Assembly: GCA_964016885.1 (NCBI GenBank)
Contig: CAXHJY010000973.1
Coordinates: 248,001 to 312,000 of the forward strand
Reading direction: 5' to 3'
Source of the DNA: Eledone cirrhosa
Lineage: Eukaryota
Length of the DNA stretch: 64,000 bases
A program made the position numbers and the translations under genes. Below, piece after piece: positions 36,501 through 51,500 of this stretch (the first letter of the stretch is position 1; every line of letters starts with the position of its first letter). Under the pieces are notes generated by a model. That model was not told the origin of the DNA. It saw nothing but the letters and a program-made list of their open reading frames with translations, and did no database searches.

Positions 36501-39500
36501 GAGCTCCCAGAACTGTCTAGGGAGTCAGATGTGATATGTGAGGGCCCAGAACTGTCTAGGGAGTCAGATGTGAGATGTTAGGGCCCAGAACTGTCTAGAG
36601 AGTCAGATGTGAGATGTGAGCTCCCAGAACTATCTGGGGAGTCAGATGTGAGATGTGAGGGCCCAGAACTATCTGGGGAGTCAGATGTGAGATGTGAGAT
36701 CCCAGAACTGTTTGGGAAGTCAGATGTGAGATGTGAGCTCCCAGAACTGTCTAGGGAGTCAGATGTGAGATGAGGGCCCAGAACTGTCTGGGAAGTCAGA
36801 TGTGAGGGCCCAGAACTGTCTAGGGAGTCAGATGTGAGATGTTAGAGCCCAGAACTGTCTGGGGAGTCAGATGTGAGATGTGAGCTCCCAGAACTGTCTA
36901 GGGAGTCTGTGAGATGTGAGGGCCCAGAACTGTCTAGGGAATCAGATGTGAGATGTTAGGGCCCAGAACTGTCGAGGGAGTCAGATGTGAGATGTGAGGG
37001 CCCAGAACTGTCGAGGGAGTCAGATGTGAGATGTGAGGGCCCAGAACTGTCTAGGGAGTCAGGTGTGAGATGTCAGGGCCTAGAACTGTCTGGGGAGTCA
37101 GATGTGAGATGTGAGCTCCCAGAACTGTCTAGGGGGTTAGATGTGAGATGTGAGGGCCCAGAACTGTCTAGGGAGTCAGGTGTGAGATGTCAGGGCCTAG
37201 AACTGTCTGGGGAGTCAGATGTGAGATGTGAGCTCCCAGAACTGTCTGGGGAGTCAGATGTGAGATGTGAGCTCCCAGAACTGTTTGGGAAGTCAGATGT
37301 GAGATGTGAGCTCCCAGAACTGTCTAGGGAGTCAGATGTGAGATGTGAGGGCCCAGAACTGTCTGGGAAGTCAGATGTGAGATGTGAGGGCCCAGAACTG
37401 TCTAGGGAGTCAGATGTGAGATGTGAGAGCCCAGAACTGTCTAGGGAGTCAGATGTGAGATGTTAGGGCCCAGAACTGTCTGGGGAGTCAGATGTGAGAT
37501 GTGAGCTCCCAGAACTGTCTAGGGAGTCAGATGTGAGATGTGAGGGCCCAGAACTGTCCGGGAAGTCAGATTTGAGATGCGAGGGCCCAGAACTGTCTGG
37601 GAAGTCAGATGTGAGATGTGAGGGCCCAGAACTGTCTGGGAAGTCAGATGTGAGATGTGAGCTCCCAGAACTGTCTGGGGAGTCAGATGTGAGATGAGGG
37701 CACAGAACTGTCTGGGGAGTCAGATGTGAGATGTGAGCTCCCAGAACTGTCTAGGGAGTCAGATGTGAGATGTGAGGGCCCAGAACTGTCCGGGAAGTCA
37801 GATTTGAGATGTGAGGGCCCAGAACTGTCTGGGAAGTCAGATGTGAGATGTGAGGGCCCAGAACTGTCTAGGGAGTCAGATGTGAGATGTGAGAGCCCAG
37901 AACTGTCTAGGGAGTCAGATGTGAGATGTTAGGGCCCAGAACTGTCTGGGGAGTCAGATGTGAGATGTGAGCTCCCAGAACTGTCTAGGGAGTCAGATGT
38001 GAGATGAGGGCCCAGAACTGTCTGGGGAGTCAGATGTGAGATGTGAGGGCCCAGAACTGTCTGGGAAGTCAGATGTGAGATGTGAGGGCCCAGAACTGTC
38101 TAGGGAGTCAGATGTGAGATGTTAGGGCCCAGAACTGTCTGGGGAGTCTGATGTGAGATGTGAGGGCCCAGAACTGTCTAGGGAGTCAGATGTGAGATGT
38201 GAGCTCCCAGAACTGTCTAGGGAGTCAGATGTGAGATGTGAGCTCCCAGAACTGTCTGGGGAGTCAGATGTGAGATGTGAGCTCCCAGAACTGTCTGGGA
38301 AGTCAGATGTGAGGGCGCAGAGCTGTCTGGGGAGTCAGATGTGAATGTGAGGGCCCAGAACTGTCTAGGGAGTTAGATGTGAGATGAGGGCCCAGAACTG
38401 TCTAGGGAGTCAGATGTGAGATGAGGGCACAGAACTGTCTAGGGAGTCAGATGTGAGATGTGAGGGCCCAGAACTATCTGGGGAGTCAGATGTGAGATGT
38501 GAGCTCCCAGAACTGTTTGGGGAGTCAGATGTGAGATGTGAGCTCCCAGAACTGTCTAGGGAGTCAGATGTGAGATGTGAGCTCCCAGAACTGTCTAGGG
38601 AGTCAGATGTGAGATGTGAGCTCCCAGAACTGTCTAGGGAGTCAGATGTGAGATGTGAGCTCCCAGAACTGTCTGGGGAGTCAGATGTGAGATGTGAGCT
38701 CCCAGAACTGTCTAGGGAGTCAGGTGTGAGCTCCCAGAACTGTCTAGGGAGTCAGATGTGAGATGTGAGGGCCCAGAACTGTCTGGGGACTCAGATGTGA
38801 GATGTGAGGGCCCAGAACTGTCTAGGGAGTCAGATGTGATATGTGAGGGCCCAGAACTGTCTAGGGAGTCAGATGTGATATGTGAGGGCCCAGAACTGTC
38901 TAGGGAGTCAGATGTGATATGTGAGGGCACAGAACTGTCTGGGGAGTCAGATGTGAGATGTGAGCTCCCAGAACTGTCTAGGGAGTCAGATGTGAGATGT
39001 GAGGGCCCAGAACTGTCTGGGGAGTCAGATGTGAGATGTGAGCTCCCAGAACTGTCTAGGGAGTCAGATGTGAGATGTGAGGGCCCAGAACTATCTGGGG
39101 ACTCAGATGTGAGATGTGAGGGCCCAGAACTGTCTAGGGAGTCATGTGAGATGTGAGCTCCCAGAACTGTCTGGGGAGTCAGGTGTGAGCTCCCAGAACT
39201 GTCTAGGGAGTCAGATGTGAGATGTGAAGGCCCAGACCTGTCTGGGAAGTCAGATGTGAGATGTGAGGGCCCAGAACTGTCTAGGGAGTCAGATGTGAGA
39301 TGTTAGGGCCCAGAACTGTCTGGGGAGTCAGATGTGAGATGTGAGCTCCCAGAACTGTCTAGGGAGTCAGATGTGATATGTGAGGGCCCAGAACTGTCTA
39401 GGGATCAGATGTGAGATGTTAGGGCCCAGAACTGTCTGGGGAGTCAGATGTGAGATGTGAACTCGCAGAACTGTTTGGGGAGTCAGATGTGAGATGTGAG

Positions 39501-42500
39501 CTCCCAGAACTGTCTGGGGAGTCAGATGTGAGATGTGAGGGCCCAGAACTGTCTGGGGAGTCAGATGTGAGATGTGAGCTCCCAGAACTGTCTAGAGAGT
39601 CAGATGTGAGATGTGAGCTCCCAGAACTATCTGGGGAGTCAGATGTGAGATGTGAGGGCCCAGAACTATCTGGGGAGTCAGATGTGAGATGTGAGCTCCC
39701 AGAACTGTTTGGGGAGTCAGATGTGAGATGAGGGCCCAGAACTGTCTGGGGAGTCAGATGTGAGATGTGAGGGCCCAGAACTGTCTAGGGAGTCAGATGT
39801 GAGATGTTAGGGCCCAGAACTGTCTGGGGAGTCAGATGTGAGATGTGAGGGCACAGAACTGTCTGGGGAGTCAGATGTGAGATGTGAGCTCCCAGAACTG
39901 TCTGGGGAGTCAGATGTGAGATGTGAGCTCCCAGAACTGTCTAGGGAGTCTGTGAGATGTGAGGGCCCAGAACTGTCTAGGGAATCAATGTGAGATGTTA
40001 GGGCCCAGAACTATCTAGCGAGTCAGATGTGAGATGTGAGGGCCCAGAACTGTCGAGGGAGTCAGATGTGAGAAGTGAGGGCCCAGAACTGTCTAGGGAG
40101 TCAGGTGTGAGATGTCAGGGCCTAGAACTGTCTGGGGAGTCAGATGTGAGATGTGAGCTCCCAGAACTATCTGGGGAGTCAGATGTGAGATGTGAGCTCC
40201 CAGAACTGTTTGGGGAGTCAGATGTGAGATCCCAGAACTGTCTAGGGAGTCAGATGTGAGATGTGAGCTCCCAGAACTGTCTAGGGAGTCAGATGTGAGA
40301 TGTGAGGGCACAGAACTGTCTGGGGAGTCAGATGTGAGATGTGAGCTCCCAGAACTGTCTAGGGAGTCAGATGTGAGATGTGAGGGCCCAGAACTGTCTA
40401 GGGAGTCAGATGTGAGATGTGAGCTCCCAGAACTGTCTGGGGAGTCAGGTTGAGCTCCCAGAACTGTCTAGGGAGTCAGATGTGAGATGTGAGGGCACAG
40501 AACTGTCTGGGGAGTCAGATGTGAGATGTGAGCTCCCAGAACTGTCTAGGGAGTCAGATGTGAGATGTGAGGGCCCAGAACTGTCTAGGGAGTCACATGT
40601 GAGATGTGAGCTCCCAGAACTGTCTGGGGAGTCAGGTTGAGCTCGCAGAACTGTCTAGGGAGTCAGATGTGAGATGTGAGGGCCCAGAACTGTCCGGGAA
40701 GTCAGATTTGAGATGTGAGGGCCCAGAACTGTCTGGGGACTCAGATGTGAGATGTGAGGGCCCAGAACTGTCTAGGGAGTCAGATGTGAGATGTGAGGGC
40801 CCAGAACTGTCCGGGAAGTCAGATTTGAGATGTGAGGGCCCAGAACTGTCTGGGGAGTCAGATGTGAGATGTGAGCTCCCAGCACTGTCTAGGGAGTCAG
40901 ATGTGAGATGTGAGGGCCCAGAACTGTCCGGGAAGTCAGATGTGAGATGTGAGCTCCCAGAACTGTCTAGGGAGTCAGTTGTGAGATGTGAGAGCCCAGA
41001 ACTGTCTAGGGAGTCAGATGTGAGATGTTAGGGCCCAGAACTGTCTGGGGAGTCAGATGTGAGATGTGAGCTCCCAGAACTGTCTGGGGAGTCAGATGTG
41101 AGATGTGAGGGCCCAGAACTGTCTAGGGAGTCAGATGTGAGATGTTAGGGCCCAGAACTGTCTGGGGAGTCAGATGTGAGATGTGAGGGCCCAGAACTAT
41201 CTGGGGAGTCAGATGTGAGATGTGAGGGCCCAGAACTGTCTGGGGAGTCAGATGTGAGATGTGAGCTCGCAGAACTATCTGGGGAGTCAGATGTGAGATG
41301 TGAGCTCCCAGAACTGTTTGGGGAGTCAGATGTGAGATGTGAGCTCGCAGAACTATCTGGGGAGTCAGATGTGAGATGTGAGGGCCCAGAACTGTCTGGG
41401 GAGTCAGATGTGAGATGTGAGCTCCCAGAACTATCTGGGGAGTCAGATGTGAGATGTGAGCTCCCAGAACTGTTTGGGGAGTCAGATGTGAGATGTGAGC
41501 TCCCAGAACTGTCTAGGGAGTCAGATGTGAGATGAGGGCCCAGAACTGTCTGGGGAGTCAGATGTGAGATGTGAGGGCCCAGAACTATCTGGGGAGTCAG
41601 ATGTGAGATGTGAGGGCCCAGAACTGTCTGGGGAGTCAGATGTGAGATGTGAGCTCCCAGAACTGTCTAGGGAGTCAGATGTGAGATGTGAGGGCCCAGA
41701 ACTGTCTAGGGAGTCAGATGTGAATGTGAGGGCCCAGAACTGTCTAGGGAGTCAGATGTGAGATGTTAGGGCCCAGAACTGTCTAGGGAGTCACATGTGA
41801 GATGTGAGCTCCCAGAACTGTCTGGGGAGTCAGGTGTGAGCTCCCAGAACTGTCTAGGGAGTCAGATGTGAGATGTGAGGGCCCAGACCTGTCTGGGAAG
41901 TCAGATGTGAGATGCGAGGGCCCAGAACTGTCTAGGGAGTCAGATGTGAGATGTTAGGGCCCAGAACTGTCTGGGGAGTCAGATGTGAGATGTGAGCTCC
42001 CAGAACTGTCTACGGAGTCAGATGTGATATGTGAGGGCCCAGAACTGTCTAGGGAGTCAGATGTGAGATGTTAGGGCCCAGAACTGTCTAGAGAGTCAGA
42101 TGTGAGATGTGAGCTCCCAGAACTATCTGGGGAGTCAGATGTGAGATGTGAGGGCCCAGAACTGTCTGGGGAGTCAGATGTGAGATGTGAGCTCCCAGAA
42201 CTGTCTAGGGAGTCAGATGTGAGATGTTAGGGCCCAGAACTGTCTAGGGAGTCACATGTGAGATGTGAGCTCCCAGAACTGTCTGGGGAGTCAGGTGTGA
42301 GCTCCCAGAACTGTCTAGGGAGTCAGATGTGAGATGTGAGGGCCCAGACCTGTCTGGGAAGTCAGATGTGAGATGCGAGGGCCCAGAACTGTCTAGGGAG
42401 TCAGATGTGAGATGTTAGGGCCCAGAACTGTCTGGGGAGTCAGATGTGAGATGTGAGCTCCCAGAACTGTCTAGGGAGTCAGATGTGATATGTGAGGGCC

Positions 42501-45500
42501 CAGAACTGTCTAGGGAGTCAGATGTGAGATGTTAGGGCCCAGAACTGTCTAGAGAGTCAGATGTGAGATGTGAGCTCCCAGAACTATCTGGGGAGTCAGA
42601 TGTGAGATGTGAGGGCCCAGAACTATCTGGGGAGTCAGATGTGAGATGTGAGATCCCAGAACTGTTTGGGAAGTCAGATGTGAGATGTGAGCTCCCAGAA
42701 CTGTCTAGGGAGTCAGATGTGAGATGAGGGCCCAGAACTGTCTGGGAAGTCAGATGTGAGATGTGAGGGCCCAGAACTGTCTAGGGAGTCAGATGTGAGA
42801 TGTTAGAGCCCAGAACTGTCTGGGGAGTCAGATGTGAGATGTGAGCTCCCAGAACTGTCTAGGGAGTCTGTGAGATGTGAGGGCCCAGAACTGTCTAGGG
42901 AATCAGATGTGAGATGTTAGGGCCCAGAACTGTCGAGGGAGTCAGATGTGAGGGCCCAGAACTGTCGAGGGAGTCAGATGTGAGATGTGAGGGCCCAGAA
43001 CTGTCTAGGGAGTCAGGTGTGAGATGTCAGGGCCTAGAACTGTCTGGGGAGTCAGATGTGAGATGTGAGCTCCCAGAACTGTCTAGGGGGTTAGATGTGA
43101 GATGTGAGGGCCCAGAACTGTCTAGGGAGTCAGGTGTGAGATGTCAGGGCCTAGAACTGTCTGGGGAGTCAGATGTGAGATGTGAGCTCCCAGAACTGTC
43201 TGGGGAGTCAGATGTGAGATGTGAGCTCCCAGAACTGTTTGGGAAGTCAGATGTGAGATGTGAGCTCCCAGAACTGTCTAGGGAGTCAGATGTGAGATGT
43301 GAGCTCCCAGAACTGTCTGGGGAGTCAGATGTGAGATGAGGGCACAGAACTGTCTGGGGAGTCAGATGTGAGATGTGAGCTCCCAGAACTGTCTAGGGAG
43401 TCAGATGTGAGATGTGAGGGCCCAGAACTGTCCGGGAAGTCAGATTTGAGATGTGAGGGCCCAGAACTGTCTGGGAAGTCAGATGTGAGATGTGAGGGCC
43501 CAGAACTGTCTAGGGAGTCAGATGTGAGATGTGAGAGCCCAGAACTGTCTAGGGAGTCAGATGTGAGATGTTAGGGCCCAGAACTGTCTGGGGAGTCAGA
43601 TGTGAGATGTGAGCTCCCAGAACTGTCTAGGGAGTCAGATGTGAGATGAGGGCCCAGAACTGTCTGGGGAGTCAGATGTGAGATGTGAGGGCCCAGAACT
43701 GTCTGGGAAGTCAGATGTGAGATGTGAGGGCCCAGAACTGTCTAGGGAGTCAGATGTGAGATGTTAGGGCCCAGAACTGTCTGGGGAGTCTGATGTGAGA
43801 TGTGAGGGCCCAGAACTGTCTAGGGAGTCAGATGTGAGATGTTAGGGCCCAGAACTGTCTGGGGAGTCAGATGTGAGATGTGAGCTCCCAGAACTGTCTA
43901 GGGAGTCTGTGAGATGTGAGGGCCCAGAACTGTCTAGGGAATCAGATGTGAGATGTTAGGGCCCAGAACTGTCGAGGGAGTCAGATGTGAGATGTGAGGG
44001 CCCAGAACTGTCGAGGGAGTCAGATGTGAGATGTGAGGGCCCAGAACTGTCTAGGGAGTCAGGTGTGAGATGTCAGGGCCTAGAACTGTCTGGGGAGTCA
44101 GATGTGAGATGTGAGCTCCCAGAACTGTCTAGGGGGTTAGATGTGAGATGTGAGGGCCCAGAACTGTCTAGGGAGTCAGGTGTGAGATGTCAGGGCCTAG
44201 AACTGTCTGGGGAGTCAGATGTGAGATGTGAGCTCCCAGAACTGTCTGGGGAGTCAGATGTGAGATGTGAGCTCCCAGAACTGTTTGGGAAGTCAGATGT
44301 GAGATGTGAGCTCTCAGAACTGTCTAGGGAGTCAGATGTGAGATGTGAGCTCCCAGAACTGTCTGGGGAGTCAGATGTGAGATGAGGGCACAGAACTGTC
44401 TGGGAGTCAGATGTGAGATGTGAGCTCCCAGAACTGTCTAGGGAGTCAGATGTGAGATGTGAGGGCCCAGAACTGTCCGGGAAGTCAGATTTGAGATGTG
44501 AGGGCCCAGAACTGTCCGGGAAGTCAGATGTGAGATGTGAGGGCCCAGAACTGTCTAGGGAGTCAGATGTGAGATGTGAGAGCCCAGAACTGTCTAGGGA
44601 GTCAGATGTGAGATGTTAGGGCCCAGAACTGTCTGGGGAGTCAGATGTGAGATGTGAGCTCCCAGAACTGTCTGGGGAGTCAGATGTGAGATGTGAGGGC
44701 CCAGAACTGTCTGGGGAGTCAGATGTGAGATGTGAGCTCGCAGAACTATCTGGGGAGTCAGATGTGAGATGTGAGCTCCCAGAACTGTTTGGGGAGTCAG
44801 ATGTGAGATGTGAGCTCGCAGAACTATCTGGGGAGTCAGATGTGAGATGTGAGGGCCCAGAACTGTCTGGGGAGTCAGATGTGAGATGTGAGCTCCCAGA
44901 ACTATCTGGGGAGTCAGATGTGAGATGTGAGCTCCCAGAACTGTTTGGGGAGTCAGATGTGAGATGTGAGCTCCCAGAACTGTCTAGGGAGTCAGATGTG
45001 AGATGAGGGCCCAGAACTGTCTGGGGAGTCAGATGTGAGATGTGAGGGCCCAGAACTATCTGGGGAGTCAGATGTGAGATGTGAGGGCCCAGAACTGTCT
45101 GGGGAGTCAGATGTGAGATGTGAGCTCCCAGAACTGTCTAGGGAGTCAGATGTGAGATGTGAGCTCCCAGAACTGTCTAGGGAGTCAGATGTGATATATG
45201 AGGGCCCAGAACTGTCTAGGGAGTCAGATGTGAGATGTTAGGGCCCAGAACTGTCTAGAGAGTCAGATGTGAGATGTGAGCTCCCAGAACTGTCTGGGGA
45301 GTCAGGTGTGAGCTCCCAGAACTGTCTAGGGAGTCAGATGTGAGATGTGAGGGCCCAGACCTGTCTGGGAAGTCAGATGTGAGATGCGAGGGCCCAGAAC
45401 TGTCTAGGGAGTCAGATGTGAGATGTTAGGGCCCAGAACTGTCTGGGGAGTCAGATGTGAGATGTGAGCTCCCAGAACTGTCTAGGGAGTCAGATGTGAT

Positions 45501-48500
45501 ATATGAGGGCCCAGAACTGTCTAGGGAGTCAGATGTGAGATGTTAGGGCCCAGAACTGTCTAGAGAGTCAGATGTGAGATGTGAGCTCCCAGAACTATCT
45601 GGGGAGTCAGATGTGAGATGTGAGGGCCCAGAACTATCTGGGGAGTCAGATGTGAGATGTGAGATCCCAGAACTGTCTGGGAAGTCAGATGTGAGATGTG
45701 AGGGCCCAGAACTGTCTAGGGAGTCAGATGTGAGATGTTAGAGCCCAGAACTGTCTGGGGAGTCAGATGTGAGATGTGAGCTCCCAGAACTGTCTAGGGA
45801 GTCTGTGAGATGTGAGGGCCCAGAACTGTCTAGGGAATCAGATGTGAGATGTGAGGGCCCAGAACTGTCGAGGGAGTCAGATGTGAGATGTGAGGGCCCA
45901 GAACTGTCTAGGGAGTCAGGTGTGAGATGTCAGGGCCTAGAACTGTCTGGGGAGTCAGATGTGAGATGTGAGCTCCCAGAACTGTCTAGGGGGTTAGATG
46001 TGAGATGTGAGGGCCCAGAACTGTCTAGGGAGTCAGGTGTGAGATGTGAGGGCCTAGAACTGTCTGGGGAGTCAGATGTGAGATGTGAGCTCCCAGAACT
46101 GTCTGGGGAGTCAGATGTGAGATGTGAGCTCCCAGAACTGTTTGGGAAGTCAGATGTGAGATGTGAGCTCCCAGAACTGTCTAGGGAGTCAGATGTGAGA
46201 TGTGAGCTCCCAGAACTGTCTAGGGAGTCAGATGTGAGATGAGGGCACAGAACAGTCTAGGGAGTCAGATGTGAGATGTGAGCTCCCAGAACTGTCTAGG
46301 GAGTCAGATGTGAGATGAGGGCACAGAACAGTCTAGGGAGTCAGATGTGACATGTGAGGGCCCAGAACTATCTGGGGAGTCAGATGTGAGATGTGAGGGC
46401 CCAGAACTGTCTGGGGAGTCAGATGTGAGATGTGAGCTCCCAGAACTGTCTAGGGAGTCAGATGTGAGATGTTAGGGCCCAGAACTGTCTAGGGAGTCAC
46501 ATGTGAGATGTGAGCTCCCAGAACTGTCTGGGGAGTCAGGTGTGAGCTCCCAGAACTGTCTAGGGAGTCAGATGTGAGATGTGAGGGCCCAGACCTGTCT
46601 GGGAAGTCAGATGTGAGATGCGAGGGCCCAGAACTGTCTAGGGAGTCAGATGTGAGATGTTAGGGCCCAGAACTGTCTGGGGAGTCAGATGTGAGATGTG
46701 AGCTCCCAGAACTGTCTAGGGAGTCAGATGTGATATGTGAGGGCCCAGAACTGTCTAGGGAGTCAGATGTGAGATGTTAGGGCCCAGAACTGTCTAGAGA
46801 GTCAGATGTGAGATGTGAGCTCCCAGAACTATCTGGGGAGTCAGATGTGAGATGTGAGGGCCCAGAACTATCTGGGGAGTCAGATGTGAGATGTGAGATC
46901 CCAGAACTGTTTGGGAAGTCAGATGTGAGATGTGAGCTCCCAGAACTGTCTAGGGAGTCAGATGTGAGATGAGGGCCCAGAACTGTCTGGGAAGTCAGAT
47001 GTGAGATGTGAGGGCCCAGAACTGTCTAGGGAGTCAGATGTGAGATGTTAGAGCCCAGAACTGTCTGGGGAGTCAGATGTGAGATGTGAGCTCCCAGAAC
47101 TGTCTAGGGAGTCTGTGAGATGTGAGGGCCCAGAACTGTCTAGGGAATCAGATGTGAGATGTTAGGGCCCAGAACTGTCGAGGGAGTCAGATGTGAGATG
47201 TGAGGGCCCAGAACTGTCGAGGGAGTCAGATGTGAGATGTGAGGGCCCAGAACTGTCTAGGGAGTCAGGTGTGAGATGTCAGGGCCTAGAACTGTCTGGG
47301 GAGTCAGATGTGAGATGTGAGCTCCCAGAACTGTCTAGGGGGTTAGATGTGAGATGTGAGGGCCCAGAACTGTCTAGGGAGTCAGGTGTGAGATGTCAGG
47401 GCCTAGAACTGTCTGGGGAGTCAGATGTGAGATGTGAGCTCCCAGAACTGTCTGGGGAGTCAGATGTGAGATGTGAGCTCCCAGAACTGTTTGGGAAGTC
47501 AGATGTGAGATGTGAGCTCCCAGAACTGTCTAGGGAGTCAGATGTGAGATGTGAGGGCCCAGAACTGTCTGGGAAGTCAGATGTGAGATGTGAGCTCCCA
47601 GAACTGTCTAGGGAGTCAGATGTGAGATGAGGGCACAGAACAGTCTAGGGAGTCAGATGTGAGATGTGAGCTCCCAGAACTGTCTAGGGAGTCAGATGTG
47701 AGATGAGGGCACAGAACAGTCTAGGGAGTCAGATGTGACATGTGAGGGCCCAGAACTATCTGGGGAGTCAGATGTGAGATGTGAGGGCCCAGAACTGTCT
47801 GGGGAGTCAGATGTGAGATGTGAGCTCCCAGAACTGTCTAGGGAGTCAGATGTGAGATGTTAGGGCCCAGAACTGTCTAGGGAGTCACATGTGAGATGTG
47901 AGCTCCCAGAACTGTCTGGGGAGTCAGGTGTGAGCTCCCAGAACTGTCTAGGGAGTCAGATGTGAGATGTGAGGGCCCAGACCTGTCTGGGAAGTCAGAT
48001 GTGAGATGCGAGGGCCCAGAACTGTCTAGGGAGTCAGATGTGAGATGTTAGGGCCCAGAACTGTCTGGGGAGTCAGATGTGAGATGTGAGCTCCCAGAAC
48101 TGTCTAGGGAGTCAGATGTGATATGTGAGGGCCCAGAACTGTCTAGGGAGTCAGATGTGAGATGTTAGGGCCCAGAACTGTCTAGAGAGTCAGATGTGAG
48201 ATGTGAGCTCCCAGAACTATCTGGGGAGTCAGATGTGAGATGTGAGGGCCCAGAACTATCTGGGGAGTCAGATGTGAGATGTGAGATCCCAGAACTGTTT
48301 GGGAAGTCAGATGTGAGATGTGAGCTCCCAGAACTGTCTAGGGAGTCAGATGTGAGATGAGGGCCCAGAACTGTCTGGGAAGTCAGATGTGAGGGCCCAG
48401 AACTGTCTAGGGAGTCAGATGTGAGATGTTAGAGCCCAGAACTGTCTGGGGAGTCAGATGTGAGATGTGAGCTCCCAGAACTGTCTAGGGAGTCTGTGAG

Positions 48501-51500
48501 ATGTGAGGGCCCAGAACTGTCTAGGGAATCAGATGTGAGATGTTAGGGCCCAGAACTGTCGAGGGAGTCAGATGTGAGATGTGAGGGCCCAGAACTGTCG
48601 AGGGAGTCAGATGTGAGATGTGAGGGCCCAGAACTGTCTAGGGAGTCAGGTGTGAGATGTCAGGGCCTAGAACTGTCTGGGGAGTCAGATGTGAGATGTG
48701 AGCTCCCAGAACTGTCTAGGGGGTTAGATGTGAGATGTGAGGGCCCAGAACTGTCTAGGGAGTCAGGTGTGAGATGTCAGGGCCTAGAACTGTCTGGGGA
48801 GTCAGATGTGAGATGTGAGCTCCCAGAACTGTCTGGGGAGTCAGATGTGAGATGTGAGCTCCCAGAACTGTTTGGGAAGTCAGATGTGAGATGTGAGCTC
48901 CCAGAACTGTCTAGGGAGTCAGATGTGAGATGTGAGGGCCCAGAACTGTCTGGGAAGTCAGATGTGAGATGTGAGGGCCCAGAACTGTCTAGGGAGTCAG
49001 ATGTGAGATGTGAGAGCCCAGAACTGTCTAGGGAGTCAGATGTGAGATGTTAGGGCCCAGAACTGTCTGGGGAGTCAGATGTGAGATGTGAGCTCCCAGA
49101 ACTGTCTAGGGAGTCAGATGTGAGATGTGAGGGCCCAGAACTGTCCGGGAAGTCAGATTTGAGATGCGAGGGCCCAGAACTGTCTGGGAAGTCAGATGTG
49201 AGATGTGAGGGCCCAGAACTGTCTGGGAAGTCAGATGTGAGATGTGAGCTCCCAGAACTGTCTGGGGAGTCAGATGTGAGATGAGGGCACAGAACTGTCT
49301 GGGGAGTCAGATGTGAGATGTGAGCTCCCAGAACTGTCTAGGGAGTCAGATGTGAGATGTGAGGGCCCAGAACTGTCCGGGAAGTCAGATTTGAGATGTG
49401 AGGGCCCAGAACTGTCTGGGAAGTCAGATGTGAGATGTGAGGGCCCAGAACTGTCTAGGGAGTCAGATGTGAGATGTGAGAGCCCAGAACTGTCTAGGGA
49501 GTCAGATGTGAGATGTTAGGGCCCAGAACTGTCTGGGGAGTCAGATGTGAGATGTGAGCTCCCAGAACTGTCTAGGGAGTCAGATGTGAGATGAGGGCCC
49601 AGAACTGTCTGGGGAGTCAGATGTGAGATGTGAGGGCCCAGAACTGTCTGGGAAGTCAGATGTGAGATGTGAGGGCCCAGAACTGTCTAGGGAGTCAGAT
49701 GTGAGATGTTAGGGCCCAGAACTGTCTGGGGAGTCTGATGTGAGATGTGAGGGCCCAGAACTGTCTAGGGAGTCAGATGTGAGATGTGAGCTCCCAGAAC
49801 TGTCTAGGGAGTCAGATGTGAGATGTGAGCTCCCAGAACTGTCTGGGGAGTCAGATGTGAGATGTGAGCTCCCAGAACTGTCTGGGAAGTCAGATGTGAG
49901 GGCGCAGAGCTGTCTGGGGAGTCAGATGTGAATGTGAGGGCCCAGAACTGTCTAGGGAGTTAGATGTGAGATGAGGGCCCAGAACTGTCTAGGGAGTCAG
50001 ATGTGAGATGAGGGCACAGAACTGTCTAGGGAGTCAGATGTGAGATGTGAGGGCCCAGAACTATCTGGGGAGTCAGATGTGAGATGTGAGCTCCCAGAAC
50101 TGTTTGGGGAGTCAGATGTGAGATGTGAGCTCCCAGAACTGTCTAGGGAGTCAGATGTGAGATGTGAGCTCCCAGAACTGTCTAGGGAGTCAGATGTGAG
50201 ATGTGAGCTCCCAGAACTGTCTAGGGAGTCAGATGTGAGATGTGAGCTCCCAGAACTGTCTGGGGAGTCAGATGTGAGATGTGAGCTCCCAGAACTGTCT
50301 AGGGAGTCAGGTGTGAGCTCCCAGAACTGTCTAGGGAGTCAGATGTGAGATGTGAGGGCCCAGAACTGTCTGGGGACTCAGATGTGAGATGTGAGGGCCC
50401 AGAACTGTCTAGGGAGTCAGATGTGATATGTGAGGGCCCAGAACTGTCTAGGGAGTCAGATGTGATATGTGAGGGCCCAGAACTGTCTAGGGAGTCAGAT
50501 GTGATATGTGAGGGCACAGAACTGTCTGGGGAGTCAGATGTGAGATGTGAGCTCCCAGAACTGTCTAGGGAGTCAGATGTGAGATGTGAGGGCCCAGAAC
50601 TGTCTGGGGAGTCAGATGTGAGATGTGAGCTCCCAGAACTGTCTAGGGAGTCAGATGTGAGATGTGAGGGCCCAGAACTATCTGGGGACTCAGATGTGAG
50701 ATGTGAGGGCCCAGAACTGTCTAGGGAGTCATGTGAGATGTGAGCTCCCAGAACTGTCTGGGGAGTCAGGTGTGAGCTCCCAGAACTGTCTAGGGAGTCA
50801 GATGTGAGATGTGAAGGCCCAGACCTGTCTGGGAAGTCAGATGTGAGATGTGAGGGCCCAGAACTGTCTAGGGAGTCAGATGTGAGATGTTAGGGCCCAG
50901 AACTGTCTGGGGAGTCAGATGTGAGATGTGAGCTCCCAGAACTGTCTAGGGAGTCAGATGTGATATGTGAGGGCCCAGAACTGTCTAGGGATCAGATGTG
51001 AGATGTTAGGGCCCAGAACTGTCTGGGGAGTCAGATGTGAGATGTGAACTCGCAGAACTGTTTGGGGAGTCAGATGTGAGATGTGAGCTCCCAGAACTGT
51101 CTGGGGAGTCAGATGTGAGATGTGAGGGCCCAGAACTGTCTGGGGAGTCAGATGTGAGATGTGAGCTCCCAGAACTGTCTAGAGAGTCAGATGTGAGATG
51201 TGAGCTCCCAGAACTATCTGGGGAGTCAGATGTGAGATGTGAGGGCCCAGAACTATCTGGGGAGTCAGATGTGAGATGTGAGCTCCCAGAACTGTTTGGG
51301 GAGTCAGATGTGAGATGAGGGCCCAGAACTGTCTGGGGAGTCAGATGTGAGATGTGAGGGCCCAGAACTGTCTAGGGAGTCAGATGTGAGATGTTAGGGC
51401 CCAGAACTGTCTGGGGAGTCAGATGTGAGATGTGAGGGCACAGAACTGTCTGGGGAGTCAGATGTGAGATGTGAGCTCCCAGAACTGTCTGGGGAGTCAG

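Larger units (their letters stand above)
1348..39202 (+). repeat. Tandem duplication of an 18,918-bp block (1348-20284 matches 20266-39202)
   Basis: Constant offset of 18,918 across the ORF track (1491/20409, 9473/28391, 19840/38758). Rare variants are shared, e.g. GTCCGATG at about 3752/22671 and AACTCTTT at about 5325/24243. The match breaks at 1347/20265 and 20285/39203. Confidence 0.95.
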
